From positions 1-58,695 of IMG/VR virus record IMGVR_UViG_3300034175_000127: a DNA stretch of 58,695 nt. One strand, written 5' to 3'. Numbering within the stretch: the stretch's first letter is position 1; the number at the start of each line of letters is the position of its first letter. This DNA comes from a virus. Lineage: Duplodnaviria; Caudoviricetes. Shown here piece after piece: positions 11,227 through 20,154 of this stretch. The translations under genes were made by a program, and so were the position numbers. Under the pieces are notes generated by a model. The model was not told the origin of the DNA, did not search any database, and saw only the letters and a program-made list of their open reading frames with translations.

Positions 11227-12287
11227 GTTACAAACCAGGCGATGTTGTTTACCTCTCGCTCCCAACGCAAAACAGCACCGGTGCAGCAACCAACGCTGAC
11301 TCTACACCTGCCGTGATTGTCAGGCGTAACGGCGTCACCGATGCAACCGTGACGCCGACCGTCTCCAATGCAGCAACGGGCCTTTATAACGTCTCGTTCA
11401 CAATCCCTGTGGGCTACGCGGCGGGCGACACGGTAGCAGCTCTCGCACAGGTTACAATGGGCGGCGTCACCGGGCCTTACACCGCGATTTGGCGCCAGCA
11501 ACTCGACACGGCGCGCGTTTCCGAGGTCCATTCACGACTCGGCGTGGCGGGTGCTGGGTTAACCGCTCTCGGCGACACCCGTATCGCAAACCTCGACACG
11601 ACAGTTTCGAGCCGTTCCACCTTTGCGGGCGGCGCGGTGGCGAGCGTGACGGCACCGGTTACTCTCCCGGCCACAGCCGCACTTGAGGCTACCGTGCAGA
11701 GTGTTAAAGCGAAAACGGATTTGCTTCCGTCTGACCCTGCCGACGCCTCAGATATTGCGGGCGCTTTTAGCACCGTGAATACGACGCTGGCAGCCATCGC
11801 AGCCTACATTGATACCGAGGTCGCGGCCATCAAAGCGAAAACCGATGCGTTGCCTTCAGATCCCGCCGATGCGTCTGAGATTGCTGCGTCATTTACTGCA
11901 ATCGCGGCATCTCTTGCAACCTTGAGCGGGTATGTTGACACAGAAGTTGCGGCTATCAAAGCGAAAACCGACAATCTGCCCGCTTCTCCTGCTGCGGTCG
12001 GTTCTGCTATGACGCTAGAAACAGCCGAGCGAACAGCTATCCGCACCGAAATCGACGCCAATAGCACACAGTTCAAGCGGCTTCTGGGACTTAATCAGGA
12101 AAACGCAGTGTTCGATGATACGACTTACGCCGATGGGAAGCTCACTGCTGCGACCGTGTATGTTTACGATTCGAAAGCGAACGCTGTGACTCACAACAAA
12201 GTGACTGGGCTCTTGTTCAAATACTCGATTGCCCAGACATTTGTGAGCGGCAATCGCACTGTCGGCAAAGTTTTGCGCGAAACCTAA
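11223..12287 (+). CDS. Tail fibre/appendage-like protein with Ig-like N-terminus and 42-aa repeats
   Basis: TGLYNVSFTIP N-terminal domain; KAKTDxLP units starting at 11706, 11832 and 11958. Confidence 0.65.
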   Translation: MSYKPGDVVYLSLPTQNSTGAATNADSTPAVIVRRNGVTDATVTPTVSNAATGLYNVSFTIPVGYAAGDTVAALAQVTMGGVTGPYTAIWRQQLDTARVSEVHSRLGVAGAGLTALGDTRIANLDTTVSSRSTFAGGAVASVTAPVTLPATAALEATVQSVKAKTDLLPSDPADASDIAGAFSTVNTTLAAIAAYIDTEVAAIKAKTDALPSDPADASEIAASFTAIAASLATLSGYVDTEVAAIKAKTDNLPASPAAVGSAMTLETAERTAIRTEIDANSTQFKRLLGLNQENAVFDDTTYADGKLTAATVYVYDSKANAVTHNKVTGLLFKYSIAQTFVSGNRTVGKVLRET

Positions 12288-12304
12288 TAACAAATGAGAA
12301 ACCA

Positions 12305-12334
12305 AAAGGGCCGCTGCAATTGCAGCGGCCCTTT
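12305..12334. terminator. Bidirectional intrinsic terminator between the convergent tail and lysis operons
   Basis: Perfect 30-bp palindrome AAAGGGCCGCTGCAATTGCAGCGGCCCTTT between convergent stop codons. Confidence 0.8.
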
Positions 12335-12349
12335 CTTGTTCTGGGGTTA

Positions 12350-13369
12350 TTATTTAGCGTGATCGAGCAAGCGAGCGATGCGCGCCGCCAATTCGATAGG
12401 AGGCATAGGCTTCTCCCAAATGTCGGCAATTTGATGGGAGTGGCAATCTTCCGCGCTAACACGGCGTTTATTGCCCGTGAAAAAAGCGATAAGCGTTGGA
12501 TTGGCCAGTGTTTCCCTTACGCGAATTTCGTGAGCTACCTCACATCCATCCATGCCTGGCATCTCGTAATCGAGAATGACGACATCGAAGGCGTGGCCGG
12601 CTGTCTGAGCGTCAACGAATTGCTGTATCGCGTCGCGTCCGCTTGATGCCATCCTGATTTCAAAATAGGGGCTGAGTCCCATTTCAAACAGCGTGCGAGT
12701 GTCGGCTGCATCCTCCACCATCAAGACGCGAATGCGAGTAGGTATCACGTTTGGAACATCGTGAATCTTGGGCGGAATAGGGCAGAGCGTGCCGAACCAT
12801 CCCAAGATGTCGCCTTTAGGACTGCACATCACTTCGCCTTTGCCAATGACAGGCACAATTTGACCGTCTGGCCGCTGGATTCGATACGGAATGACACAAT
12901 CGCGTCCATCGGTGACAACCGAGGCCCATTTAGAAGTCACGTCGGCCACATCAGGCGGATAAACCGTGTTTTTCCAGTTGGAGCCCATCAAGTCCTCAAT
13001 GGAGTGTCCGACCAGCTCAGCAAAACGCCGGTTAACCTTGATGATTTCACCGTTAGCATTGGTTTCCCACTGTGCAATTTCTTCCAGATTGAACTTCGCT
13101 TGCTCCCGCGCTTCGCTTTTTGTGACAAGGATTTCCACGCGTTTAACCGAATCGTTGAGACTCGATCCACCATTAGGCCGGACTTCCTTATGGATTTCCT
13201 GCACCAGCTTTTGCGTTTGACCAAAGGATTTGAGGAATGTCACAATGCCCTTGCCGACGTTGAAACACCCCAGAAAAACGGTTTTGGTTTGCTTCCAAAA
13301 CACGAGCAAAATGGTGAGGAACGCACTCAACACCATAATCTGCTGTTTAAATTGATCAAAGAATTCCAT
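12350..13369 (-). CDS. Membrane-anchored PAS + receiver (REC) domain protein in the lysis operon
   Basis: N-terminal TM and NGGSSLND motif; PAS (VNRRFAELVG...VYPPD...YRIQRPDG); REC with VED, DYEMPGMDG, FTG, EKP. ATG overlaps the endolysin TAA. Confidence 0.85.
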   Translation of the reverse strand: MEFFDQFKQQIMVLSAFLTILLVFWKQTKTVFLGCFNVGKGIVTFLKSFGQTQKLVQEIHKEVRPNGGSSLNDSVKRVEILVTKSEAREQAKFNLEEIAQWETNANGEIIKVNRRFAELVGHSIEDLMGSNWKNTVYPPDVADVTSKWASVVTDGRDCVIPYRIQRPDGQIVPVIGKGEVMCSPKGDILGWFGTLCPIPPKIHDVPNVIPTRIRVLMVEDAADTRTLFEMGLSPYFEIRMASSGRDAIQQFVDAQTAGHAFDVVILDYEMPGMDGCEVAHEIRVRETLANPTLIAFFTGNKRRVSAEDCHSHQIADIWEKPMPPIELAARIARLLDHAK

Positions 13370-13941
13370 TATTTCGCCACCACCGAGCTTGCATCCACCA
13401 GCAAATAGGGCAATTTTGCTATGCCTGCGCGGTTCATTTCGGCGTAAACGAGCGCAATAAATGCGCTGTATTGGTCAGGTGGCAAAGTCTGGCAACCTTC
13501 GGAGTAGGTATTGTTCACGCCGCCACGGTGGATGTTGATAGCTACGCCAGGGCGTGGGTTTGTCTGCTGGTCGCGTGAAACCGGCACTTGCTCGTTAACG
13601 GTCGCTGGCCGGAGTGCAGCATAGGGCACAAACGGCGGTTTGCGCGAGATGCCGTGCTTGCCCTTTTTATACCAATGCACGCCCAAACGAAGCGTAGCCA
13701 TGCCATACCGAAATAGTGATGGGTCGGTATTAGCGTTGAATGAAGTGAATGTGTGGGGAGAGACGACAAACATCGCGTCGTCGTAAACGCCACGATCGTT
13801 GCCCGGACTCCCAAAAGTGTGGGAATAATAGCCGCGCACACCCACAAGTGCCACAGGAGCAGTAACGCCGTGTTTTTTGAGCAGTGCGCGCACTTCGGCT
13901 TCTGTAAGTCGGGGGCGCGCTGAGGGAATGATGGGTTTCAT
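13369..13941 (-). CDS. Putative endolysin, L,D-transpeptidase(YkuD)-like
   Basis: INIHRGG...SEGCQT His/Cys catalytic motif; follows the holin-like gene. Confidence 0.7.
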   Translation of the reverse strand: MKPIIPSARPRLTEAEVRALLKKHGVTAPVALVGVRGYYSHTFGSPGNDRGVYDDAMFVVSPHTFTSFNANTDPSLFRYGMATLRLGVHWYKKGKHGISRKPPFVPYAALRPATVNEQVPVSRDQQTNPRPGVAINIHRGGVNNTYSEGCQTLPPDQYSAFIALVYAEMNRAGIAKLPYLLVDASSVVAK

Positions 13942-14390
13942 AATTTGGTGTCGATCTCGTAAGAGACGTTGGGGATTCCGTCTTCAGGGTCGTTGGGTAG
14001 GCCTGGTATCGGCGTGCCGTGTAGTGGTCTTCCGTGAACGCGCCGAATCGGTTGCCCGTATTCTTGTGAGGGAAGCGTCTGCGCACGCGGTTCTGGCGGC
14101 GCAGGCAAAATGTCGGTTTGCTCTTCGAGAGCATCAGCGACACCCAAAGGCTTCCAAAAACCTTTGAAGAACACGATGGTAGCTCCCAAAATAGTCAGCG
14201 TGGAACCGGTGAGGTTGGTCGCAGTGAGTTCACCTTTGAGCGAGACCTCGATGAACGCCGCAATTAAACAGACAATCGCAGCAGCGGTCGTTTTAATGGG
14301 TTTAGACCAGTGGGATTGGATGACGATAGACACGATCAGGGGCATGATGAAACTTACAATGCCAGTCCAGAGGTCAATTGATGGGGACAA
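13938..14390 (-). CDS. Putative holin (three TM segments)
   Basis: Three hydrophobic helices; TTG start at 14390 preceded by AAGGAG; overlaps the endolysin start. Confidence 0.7.
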   Translation of the reverse strand: MSPSIDLWTGIVSFIMPLIVSIVIQSHWSKPIKTTAAAIVCLIAAFIEVSLKGELTATNLTGSTLTILGATIVFFKGFWKPLGVADALEEQTDILPAPPEPRAQTLPSQEYGQPIRRVHGRPLHGTPIPGLPNDPEDGIPNVSYEIDTKL

Positions 14391-14447
14391 AACAAACTCC
14401 TTAGCCGTAAAAATCGCACGCGAAAAAGCGGGCAGCGGCTCAAACAA

Positions 14448-14476
14448 ATTGTAGGGCCGCAAACCCGCTTTGTGAA
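14448..14476 (-). promoter_or_regulatory. Sigma70-like promoter of the lysis operon
   Basis: TTCACA-17 nt-TACAAT on the minus strand. Confidence 0.55.
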
Positions 14477-14486
14477 CGATATGGAG

Positions 14487-14513
14487 GACATTGCGAAGCT
14501 GCTTCGCAATGTC
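14487..14513. repeat. Dispersed palindrome, copy 1 (GACATTGCGAAGC-T-GCTTCGCAATGTC)
   Basis: Perfect 27-bp inverted repeat; related copies at 43112, 57923, 48094 and 24547. Confidence 0.9.
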
Positions 14514-14515
14514 TC

Positions 14516-15313
14516 TTAAAATGGTGTCGAGCGAATCCTCTGTGCGTAAGTGCCGCCAATAGCTTTCTTTTCGACTTTCGGCACGGAAACCAGCTCTCCT
14601 TTCAATTCGCCAACGCTCACTCCTTGTATTCTTGCGTTGGTCTCCAGCATTGAATCCAGCTTTTGGCGCACGTCGGGCGCGACTTTTGGCGGGGCTGTCT
14701 CGACCTCGATAGCTTCGACCGGCTCACTCTCACCATTTTGCAGGTTTTGAAGCATCGACGCGATTGTTGCGTGGCTTTCAGCTACTTCCGCAACGCGCGC
14801 GCTGTTATCGCGCCATGCTGTTTCTAATGACGATGCACCTTCATAAATGCGGATAATGTTGGGCTGGCCTTCGCAAGACGTCTCACCTCCCTTTTTGCGT
14901 TTGGCTACTATGTCCCGATGATATTCCTCGATAGAAATACCCAGTTCGTCTGCGCGGCGTTGCTGGCCACGACGAATCTTCTCGCCACGGGAAAGAACCG
15001 GCTCGGGCGGCTTCGGCTCATTTGATTCCAATACGCTGCTACCAACCGCCACAACATTGTTAAAACCGCGTTCAACTGGTTCAGATACTATCGCTGCTCG
15101 CGTATAGAAAGGCTTCGCCAACTGCAAAAAGACGGTTGAGATTTCAACCGTCTCGCCCTGGCCAAGCAGCACCGTTGCGCGCGGAAAGTTCTCGTTTGGA
15201 CGGGTAGGGTGTATTTGCGAAATGAAAACTTCGCGCCCGTCCAAGTCTCCTAGTCCGGGCTGGCAGCTGATGATCTGCACTTTGTCGTGAATTTGGAAAA
15301 TTGTGGGATTCAT
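14516..15313 (-). CDS. Hypothetical protein containing a 30-aa tape-measure-like segment
   Basis: 265-aa ORF; ETAWRDNSA...ASMLQNLQN matches the tape measure at 537-626. Confidence 0.7.
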   Translation of the reverse strand: MNPTIFQIHDKVQIISCQPGLGDLDGREVFISQIHPTRPNENFPRATVLLGQGETVEISTVFLQLAKPFYTRAAIVSEPVERGFNNVVAVGSSVLESNEPKPPEPVLSRGEKIRRGQQRRADELGISIEEYHRDIVAKRKKGGETSCEGQPNIIRIYEGASSLETAWRDNSARVAEVAESHATIASMLQNLQNGESEPVEAIEVETAPPKVAPDVRQKLDSMLETNARIQGVSVGELKGELVSVPKVEKKAIGGTYAQRIRSTPF

Positions 15314-15567
15314 GGTTTAGTCTCATATTCGCCGAGGCGCAGGCGACCTTTCGTGCCGTCCGCGTCGATTTCAAACAACTCAATTGACCCCTTCAGTTCG
15401 CATTTGTAATATCGGGAAGCGTTCGTTGACAAGATATAAGTCTTCGCACACATCTCGTTAAAAGCAGCGAGGGCTTCGGCTAAGGTGGTGCCATCGGGAG
15501 ATGTGGTGTTTGTTTCTTCTACCTCTCCATTTGGAAGCATGGTTTTCTGCACGAGTTCGTATTTCAT
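15310..15567 (-). CDS. Hypothetical protein
   Basis: ATG with GGGG RBS; 4-nt overlaps with both neighbours. Confidence 0.55.
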   Translation of the reverse strand: MKYELVQKTMLPNGEVEETNTTSPDGTTLAEALAAFNEMCAKTYILSTNASRYYKCELKGSIELFEIDADGTKGRLRLGEYETKP

Positions 15568-15845
15568 CGCTTCCCCTTTTTCTTGTTGCGGCGATGCTTG
15601 GCCGCGCGTTTTTGAGCGCGATTGGATGGAGGAATAATTACGACCGGAATGGTTTCCAAGCGAACCTTGATGCGTTTCCATTCAGATTTAGTCATGCGCG
15701 CGCCCTGCGTCTCATCCAGGCCAAGAATTTGACGAGCGCGTTGCTCCTCAATGCCCAAATCGGCGGCGACTTTCATCATGGCGTGGTTGATTGGGTTTGT
15801 GTTTTCGGTTCTCAAATTGTCTCCAACCCAAAAGGGTGATCCCAT
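15564..15845 (-). CDS. Hypothetical basic protein
   Basis: ORF in the tightly packed minus-strand operon. Confidence 0.5.
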   Translation of the reverse strand: MGSPFWVGDNLRTENTNPINHAMMKVAADLGIEEQRARQILGLDETQGARMTKSEWKRIKVRLETIPVVIIPPSNRAQKRAAKHRRNKKKGKR

Positions 15846-15999
15846 TCCTCTTCACTGCCAACAGGTGCGGGCGGTGCGGAAAAGTCCGGTTCATTGTCTT
15901 CCGGCTCTTCCCACTCCGGTTCAACTATTTCCGGTTCATCGTGGCAAAGGTCATTAAAGTCGCGGCGCGCTATGGCGCGGTCATATTCTTCAGCGGTCA

Positions 16000-16434
16000 T
16001 TATTCCTCCCGTAATTTCTGCCACACGGCGCTCCCATCAGGAGTCACGATGCAGCGGGCTTTGTTGACTCGGAACGAATAACGCAGCGTTGCCCATGTGC
16101 CACTACGCTGCACTTCCGTGTCTTGAAACGGCGTGGCGATGATCAAATCGGTTAGGTCAACGATGGCTTGATTTCGTTCGAGCGGCGGCAAAATGTCGTG
16201 CATCATGTCACATTCCAGATCGGCGCGCATTTCATGGCCGATAGGGTAGGCCGGGTGGCCAACGGTCACAATGCCGAGCGCCTGAGCCGTTTCGTGAAAT
16301 GTAGCATCTGCACCAACACAACAGCCGTGATGCACCTGCGCCCGCTCGCGCCAGAAGCCGCGCAAAATGTTCTCGACCGCGACCATTTGCGCTTCTGTCA
16401 TGCCGTCGCGGGTGCCAGTGAATCCAATCTTCAT
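16000..16434 (-). CDS. SLOG/DprA-Rossmann-like nucleotide-binding protein
   Basis: KIGFTGTRDG, HHGCCVGAD, LERNQAIVD, SGTWAT motifs. Confidence 0.7.
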   Translation of the reverse strand: MKIGFTGTRDGMTEAQMVAVENILRGFWRERAQVHHGCCVGADATFHETAQALGIVTVGHPAYPIGHEMRADLECDMMHDILPPLERNQAIVDLTDLIIATPFQDTEVQRSGTWATLRYSFRVNKARCIVTPDGSAVWQKLREE

Positions 16435-17126
16435 GGCGTAAGCCTCTTGAACACAACAACCCAAACCCACGGGTTCGCCTTCCAAGAGCCGGCGCCGTTG
16501 ATTCTTTCCCATAGCTTTTGAAACTCCTCACGTGCTGTGATGTCACGATCTGGAACCGGAGGCAAGCAAGAATAATCAATTTTCTCCCAAGCCTCACAGC
16601 CTTCGGCCACTGCATCCTCTTCACTAATATCGTTCAAACGTTCAACACGAATATCCAAAATATCGAGGGTAATACGCGAAGCCCAACGCGGCATAAAAAT
16701 AGACGGACGCCAGGCAGGTTTCCCTACTTCTGGTGATGCACATTGACACTCGGGGATTTGGTCACAACATTCACCATCGACGCGATAGTAAATTCCATCC
16801 TCAATTGGTGGCAAATCAGCGAGCGGTTTGCCGATGTAATCCACATGATCGATGTAAAACGTTTCTCTCACCCAGAGATGGAAGCCAGGAGCACCGTAAG
16901 GGCATTTGATTCCGATTGGGTCGCCATTCCGATCAAGGAAGACAAAACGCGGCCTTCCATCCGAATAGCCATCTTGAATACGGTCAAATTTCCATTCGTC
17001 GGGGCTTTCGTTAATTATTTTCAAACCGCGCGTGCGGCGGGTATTGGTTTTCGGCTGAATGTTGCGGAGTGTTTCATCAACCATCTCAGCTTTCATTAGT
17101 AATGGAAGTTCAGGTATTTGCAGCAT
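16431..17126 (-). CDS. Conserved phage ASCH/PUA-like protein
   Basis: LWVRETF, WRPSIFMPRWASRITL, RVERLNDISEEDAVAEG, ANPWVWVV motifs. Confidence 0.75.
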   Translation of the reverse strand: MLQIPELPLLMKAEMVDETLRNIQPKTNTRRTRGLKIINESPDEWKFDRIQDGYSDGRPRFVFLDRNGDPIGIKCPYGAPGFHLWVRETFYIDHVDYIGKPLADLPPIEDGIYYRVDGECCDQIPECQCASPEVGKPAWRPSIFMPRWASRITLDILDIRVERLNDISEEDAVAEGCEAWEKIDYSCLPPVPDRDITAREEFQKLWERINGAGSWKANPWVWVVVFKRLTP

Positions 17127-17523
17127 TTTGTTCCTTGAGCGCCCGGTAAAGCGCCTCAATTTCGTCTTCTGGCTCAATCTTTTGAACCGGAAACAGCAAG
17201 TCGTTAAGCGCGGCGTTAGATCCAGCGCAAAGCATCGGTGGTTCCATACCGCGGGGCGATTCCCAAACTCCATGCTGAGTTCCTGGAACCGAGACAACCA
17301 CGCTTTTAAAATCACGGATTTTCCAGAGATATGCAAATCTATGTGGTGTCTTGTAAGGTTTGGTCTCAACAAGCTCGCAAATAAGCCATGTGTAACCCTG
17401 CGAAACAAACGCAATAGGGCCGCGATAGCTTGTATCCCAAAGTCGGATAACGAAGCCCAACTGTTGAATTATTGGGAGCGATTCGGTTGGGAAATCAAGG
17501 GGGATGACGCGAAAGCTTTTCAC
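17110..17523 (-). CDS. Hypothetical protein
   Basis: ORF overlapping neighbours in the operon. Confidence 0.5.
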   Translation of the reverse strand: MKSFRVIPLDFPTESLPIIQQLGFVIRLWDTSYRGPIAFVSQGYTWLICELVETKPYKTPHRFAYLWKIRDFKSVVVSVPGTQHGVWESPRGMEPPMLCAGSNAALNDLLFPVQKIEPEDEIEALYRALKEQNAANT

Positions 17524-17735
17524 GATTTCACATCCTCAAGAGTTGGAAACTCGAACGACTTCATCTCGGCAAATTCTTCATCAGGAACATTTTCCAGAAC
17601 CAGATCAGCGCTCGATCCAACTTTCGCCTTTTGTGCCCAGACACGAATAAGGGCAAATAAATCGTTAAGGTCTTCATCGTTGTTGGTTGGAGCTTTGAAA
17701 CTTTCGCCTCCACTCACAAAGCTAAGGACTTTCAT
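17520..17735 (-). CDS. Hypothetical protein
   Basis: 4-nt overlaps with neighbours. Confidence 0.5.
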   Translation of the reverse strand: MKVLSFVSGGESFKAPTNNDEDLNDLFALIRVWAQKAKVGSSADLVLENVPDEEFAEMKSFEFPTLEDVKS

Positions 17736-18133
17736 GAAGTTAGCTCCAGAGCTACATTCTCGCTGATAGCCGCTTCAAATGAGCGTGTAGCTGGCTCCCA
17801 CTCAATTTCGCCGAGTTCACGCTCGAAAGTCAGAATCTTGACCGCTTCAAAGCACACTTGACCCTGCGACTTGGGAAGCGGACGCGAGCGAATCATGTAA
17901 CGAGTCTCCGCTAACTTTTGCAGGTGAAAGATTAGGTCGGCTTCCTCATCACTTGGCTCGTAAAAGTGATTAGTTGGGTTGGCTTGTCCACCTCTACAAA
18001 TGAGTGGCTGGTTATTCACTTTGTCGAGGACTTCGTAAATCACGTTGACCGTTGCAGGCGGCGTTTTCTGGCCAGGGGAAGTGACGCCTGGAAAAATCTT
18101 CGTAGTGTGCTTGTAGCGTAAAGATATTTTCAT
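17732..18133 (-). CDS. Hypothetical protein
   Basis: 4-nt overlaps with neighbours. Confidence 0.5.
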   Translation of the reverse strand: MKISLRYKHTTKIFPGVTSPGQKTPPATVNVIYEVLDKVNNQPLICRGGQANPTNHFYEPSDEEADLIFHLQKLAETRYMIRSRPLPKSQGQVCFEAVKILTFERELGEIEWEPATRSFEAAISENVALELTS

Positions 18134-18333
18134 CCTCTGATGTCCTTCTCGATCAAATCATTGAGTTTCAAAGCAAAGTTCGCCACGCTTTGAAGCAATA
18201 AATTACGATATTTATTAGGTGCAGCAGAGCAGGCAGCAACACAAAGAATCGCCGCTGCGAAAAGTGGGTCTGTGGTTTGACAACGAGCTGCTAAATCACT
18301 CAGTTCGTTTTCAATTTCTTGGGTTTGATTCAT
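18130..18333 (-). CDS. Hypothetical protein
   Basis: 4-nt overlaps with neighbours. Confidence 0.5.
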   Translation of the reverse strand: MNQTQEIENELSDLAARCQTTDPLFAAAILCVAACSAAPNKYRNLLLQSVANFALKLNDLIEKDIRG

Positions 18334-18899
18334 ACCGAAAGCGCCCCCCGTTTCTGAATTTCAATCCAGACTCGCGCACAGGCAGCAGCATCGGCCAGAG
18401 CCGAGTGCGCGCCGTCGAACGCCGCGTTAAAGAAAAATTGATGAGCCTCAGCGAGATTCGGCCATTTGTAATCGCCGTATTGCCCTGGCAGTTGCAAAAT
18501 TGGTTTGGCAGCTAGCATGGCGCAGCGGCCCTGAAGCGCCTCCATTTCGTCCGTGATGTTTTCGCGCAGAAACTGGGTCTTCATTACTCGAAGGTCAAAA
18601 TCGAGATTAAAAGCGACCATCATTTCAGCGCGCCGACAAAGTGCGTTAAAAGCGTTCAAAGCCATTCTGCGAGGAACGCCGTGTTTTTCGCAAAATTCCG
18701 TCGTGTAGCCATGAACGGCAGCGGCTTCGTCAGGGATAATCCAGCCATTGGGTTTCACCAGAAACTCCACCTGAGCTACGATTTCGCCCCCATCGGTGCT
18801 CAGAAGCGCGCCTATTTGCACCAGATCGGGCTGGCTGGGATGCAAATAGGCGGCTTTAGTGGTTCTGCCGGTTGTTTCAGTGTCGAAAAACAGGATCAT
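18330..18899 (-). CDS. DEDDh 3'-5' exonuclease (DnaQ-like)
   Basis: FFDTETTG, AFNLDFD, AHSALADA motifs. Confidence 0.9.
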   Translation of the reverse strand: MILFFDTETTGRTTKAAYLHPSQPDLVQIGALLSTDGGEIVAQVEFLVKPNGWIIPDEAAAVHGYTTEFCEKHGVPRRMALNAFNALCRRAEMMVAFNLDFDLRVMKTQFLRENITDEMEALQGRCAMLAAKPILQLPGQYGDYKWPNLAEAHQFFFNAAFDGAHSALADAAACARVWIEIQKRGALSV

Positions 18900-19534
18900 G
18901 GCGCCGCCTCTGGCGATACCACTTCGGCTTTTTTGTGCAGGTCGAAAACGATGCGAGCCGCCACGCCTCGCCCATTGTCGCGCTCATAGGCCGCGATATG
19001 CAACACGTCCGAGGAAAGATCAACTTTCATCACGCGACCGCGCAGATAATCGAACTTGGTCTGCCGAAGTAGGATTTCGCCCGCCTCGACAACATCGAGC
19101 GGCGAGGGATTGTAATGCAGATGCCCCATTCCCTGTGGTTTGGCCGCGTTGTAAAGTGCCGCCAAAAGCGCCGCTTTGTCGATGCCGTTGATGGACAGTG
19201 AAACTACATAGGACAAACCCTCTTCATAGTTCGAGATTCGGCGATCTCCTTGGGTTATTTCCTTCAAGGCGGTCTCAAAAATTTGGCTTAGGGCGTAATT
19301 GTCGAAAGCCAACGGCGCCATTGAACCCGCCAAACGGTCGATGTTCTGCAAACTGACGCAGGGCCTCGCCTCACCAATCATCGCTAGCAAACCGCGCCCG
19401 GAGGCATAATCGCCAGTGATGATGATGGCATTTGGGCAGTTTTTGACGCCTTCGACCATCGTGTGCGTGTGGCCACAGGCGCGAGAACGGTTGTAATGCA
19501 AAACCAAGGTGCGTAAAACAGTTTCGATGTTCAT
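18896..19534 (-). CDS. Hypothetical, apparently two-domain phage protein
   Basis: 212 aa; C-terminal LLAALYNAAKPQGMG...FDYLRGRVMKVDL resembles a recurring small phage domain. Confidence 0.55.
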   Translation of the reverse strand: MNIETVLRTLVLHYNRSRACGHTHTMVEGVKNCPNAIIITGDYASGRGLLAMIGEARPCVSLQNIDRLAGSMAPLAFDNYALSQIFETALKEITQGDRRISNYEEGLSYVVSLSINGIDKAALLAALYNAAKPQGMGHLHYNPSPLDVVEAGEILLRQTKFDYLRGRVMKVDLSSDVLHIAAYERDNGRGVAARIVFDLHKKAEVVSPEAAP

Positions 19535-19551
19535 AAATTATCCCTTGATGC

Positions 19552-20151
19552 CTAAAATCCGTTCATTCCTTGAAAAACGCCAAGAGCAAAAATTGCACAT
19601 GTCCACTCGCCATCGGTCAGGTCGCCTCGCTCATTAAGGGCAGTGATAACCTCTCGCAGAGATGCTTTATTCTCGATCATCTTGCCGATAAATTGCTCGA
19701 TTTCATCATTTCGCGTGGGCGAGCAGAGCACGGCGGCCAGTTGTCCGCCCTTGGGATTCCATTGCAGCAATCGTTTGACTTGCGGCACTGGAATGCTGAC
19801 CAAATCGCCTTTGCAGCGTGCGCGGATTTCACGATCAATCTCAGCCGCGATAAGGGCACCCGATTTCACGAGGTTGAAAATACGATCATCTTCGATCTTC
19901 AAATGGTCATATTGGCCTTCCTGATTCCGCCAAGGCCAATCCATCTGAGCGTATGGCTCGCCTTCATCGAAAACCTCGCGTATTTCAGCGCCAGTGGCGC
20001 CGCGCGCCTGTATTGAAGAGCACTCACCGTAAACCAGTGCAGCGTCTACCAGCTCACCGTCTGTGTGCTTGTCGTCATGCTCCGGCGTGTAGCCGTCGAT
20101 GTTCATTTGCCGCATTCTCTCAGCGGCGATCAATTCAATTCCAGATTTCAT
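19552..20151 (-). CDS. Phage 'GYTPEHDD' family protein, paralog 1
   Basis: IAAERMRQ...GYTPEHDD...LVKSGALIAAEIDR. Confidence 0.65.
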   Translation of the reverse strand: MKSGIELIAAERMRQMNIDGYTPEHDDKHTDGELVDAALVYGECSSIQARGATGAEIREVFDEGEPYAQMDWPWRNQEGQYDHLKIEDDRIFNLVKSGALIAAEIDREIRARCKGDLVSIPVPQVKRLLQWNPKGGQLAAVLCSPTRNDEIEQFIGKMIENKASLREVITALNERGDLTDGEWTCAIFALGVFQGMNGF

Positions 20152-20154
20152 AGA

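Noticed and set aside
12305-12334. Perfect 30-bp palindrome as a protelomerase (telRL) site
   Set aside because: It is short, sits between convergent stops with A/T tails like a terminator, and no protelomerase is recognisable; the recombinase is XerC-like.
537-14824. TMP/early-gene duplication as a DGR template-variable repeat pair
   Set aside because: No reverse transcriptase is encoded and the mismatches are not adenine-specific.
17059-17766. 235-aa plus-strand ORF, and similar antisense ORFs throughout (e.g. 12761-13408, 57896-58657)
   Set aside because: They are antisense shadows of tightly coupled genes with recognisable operon structure.
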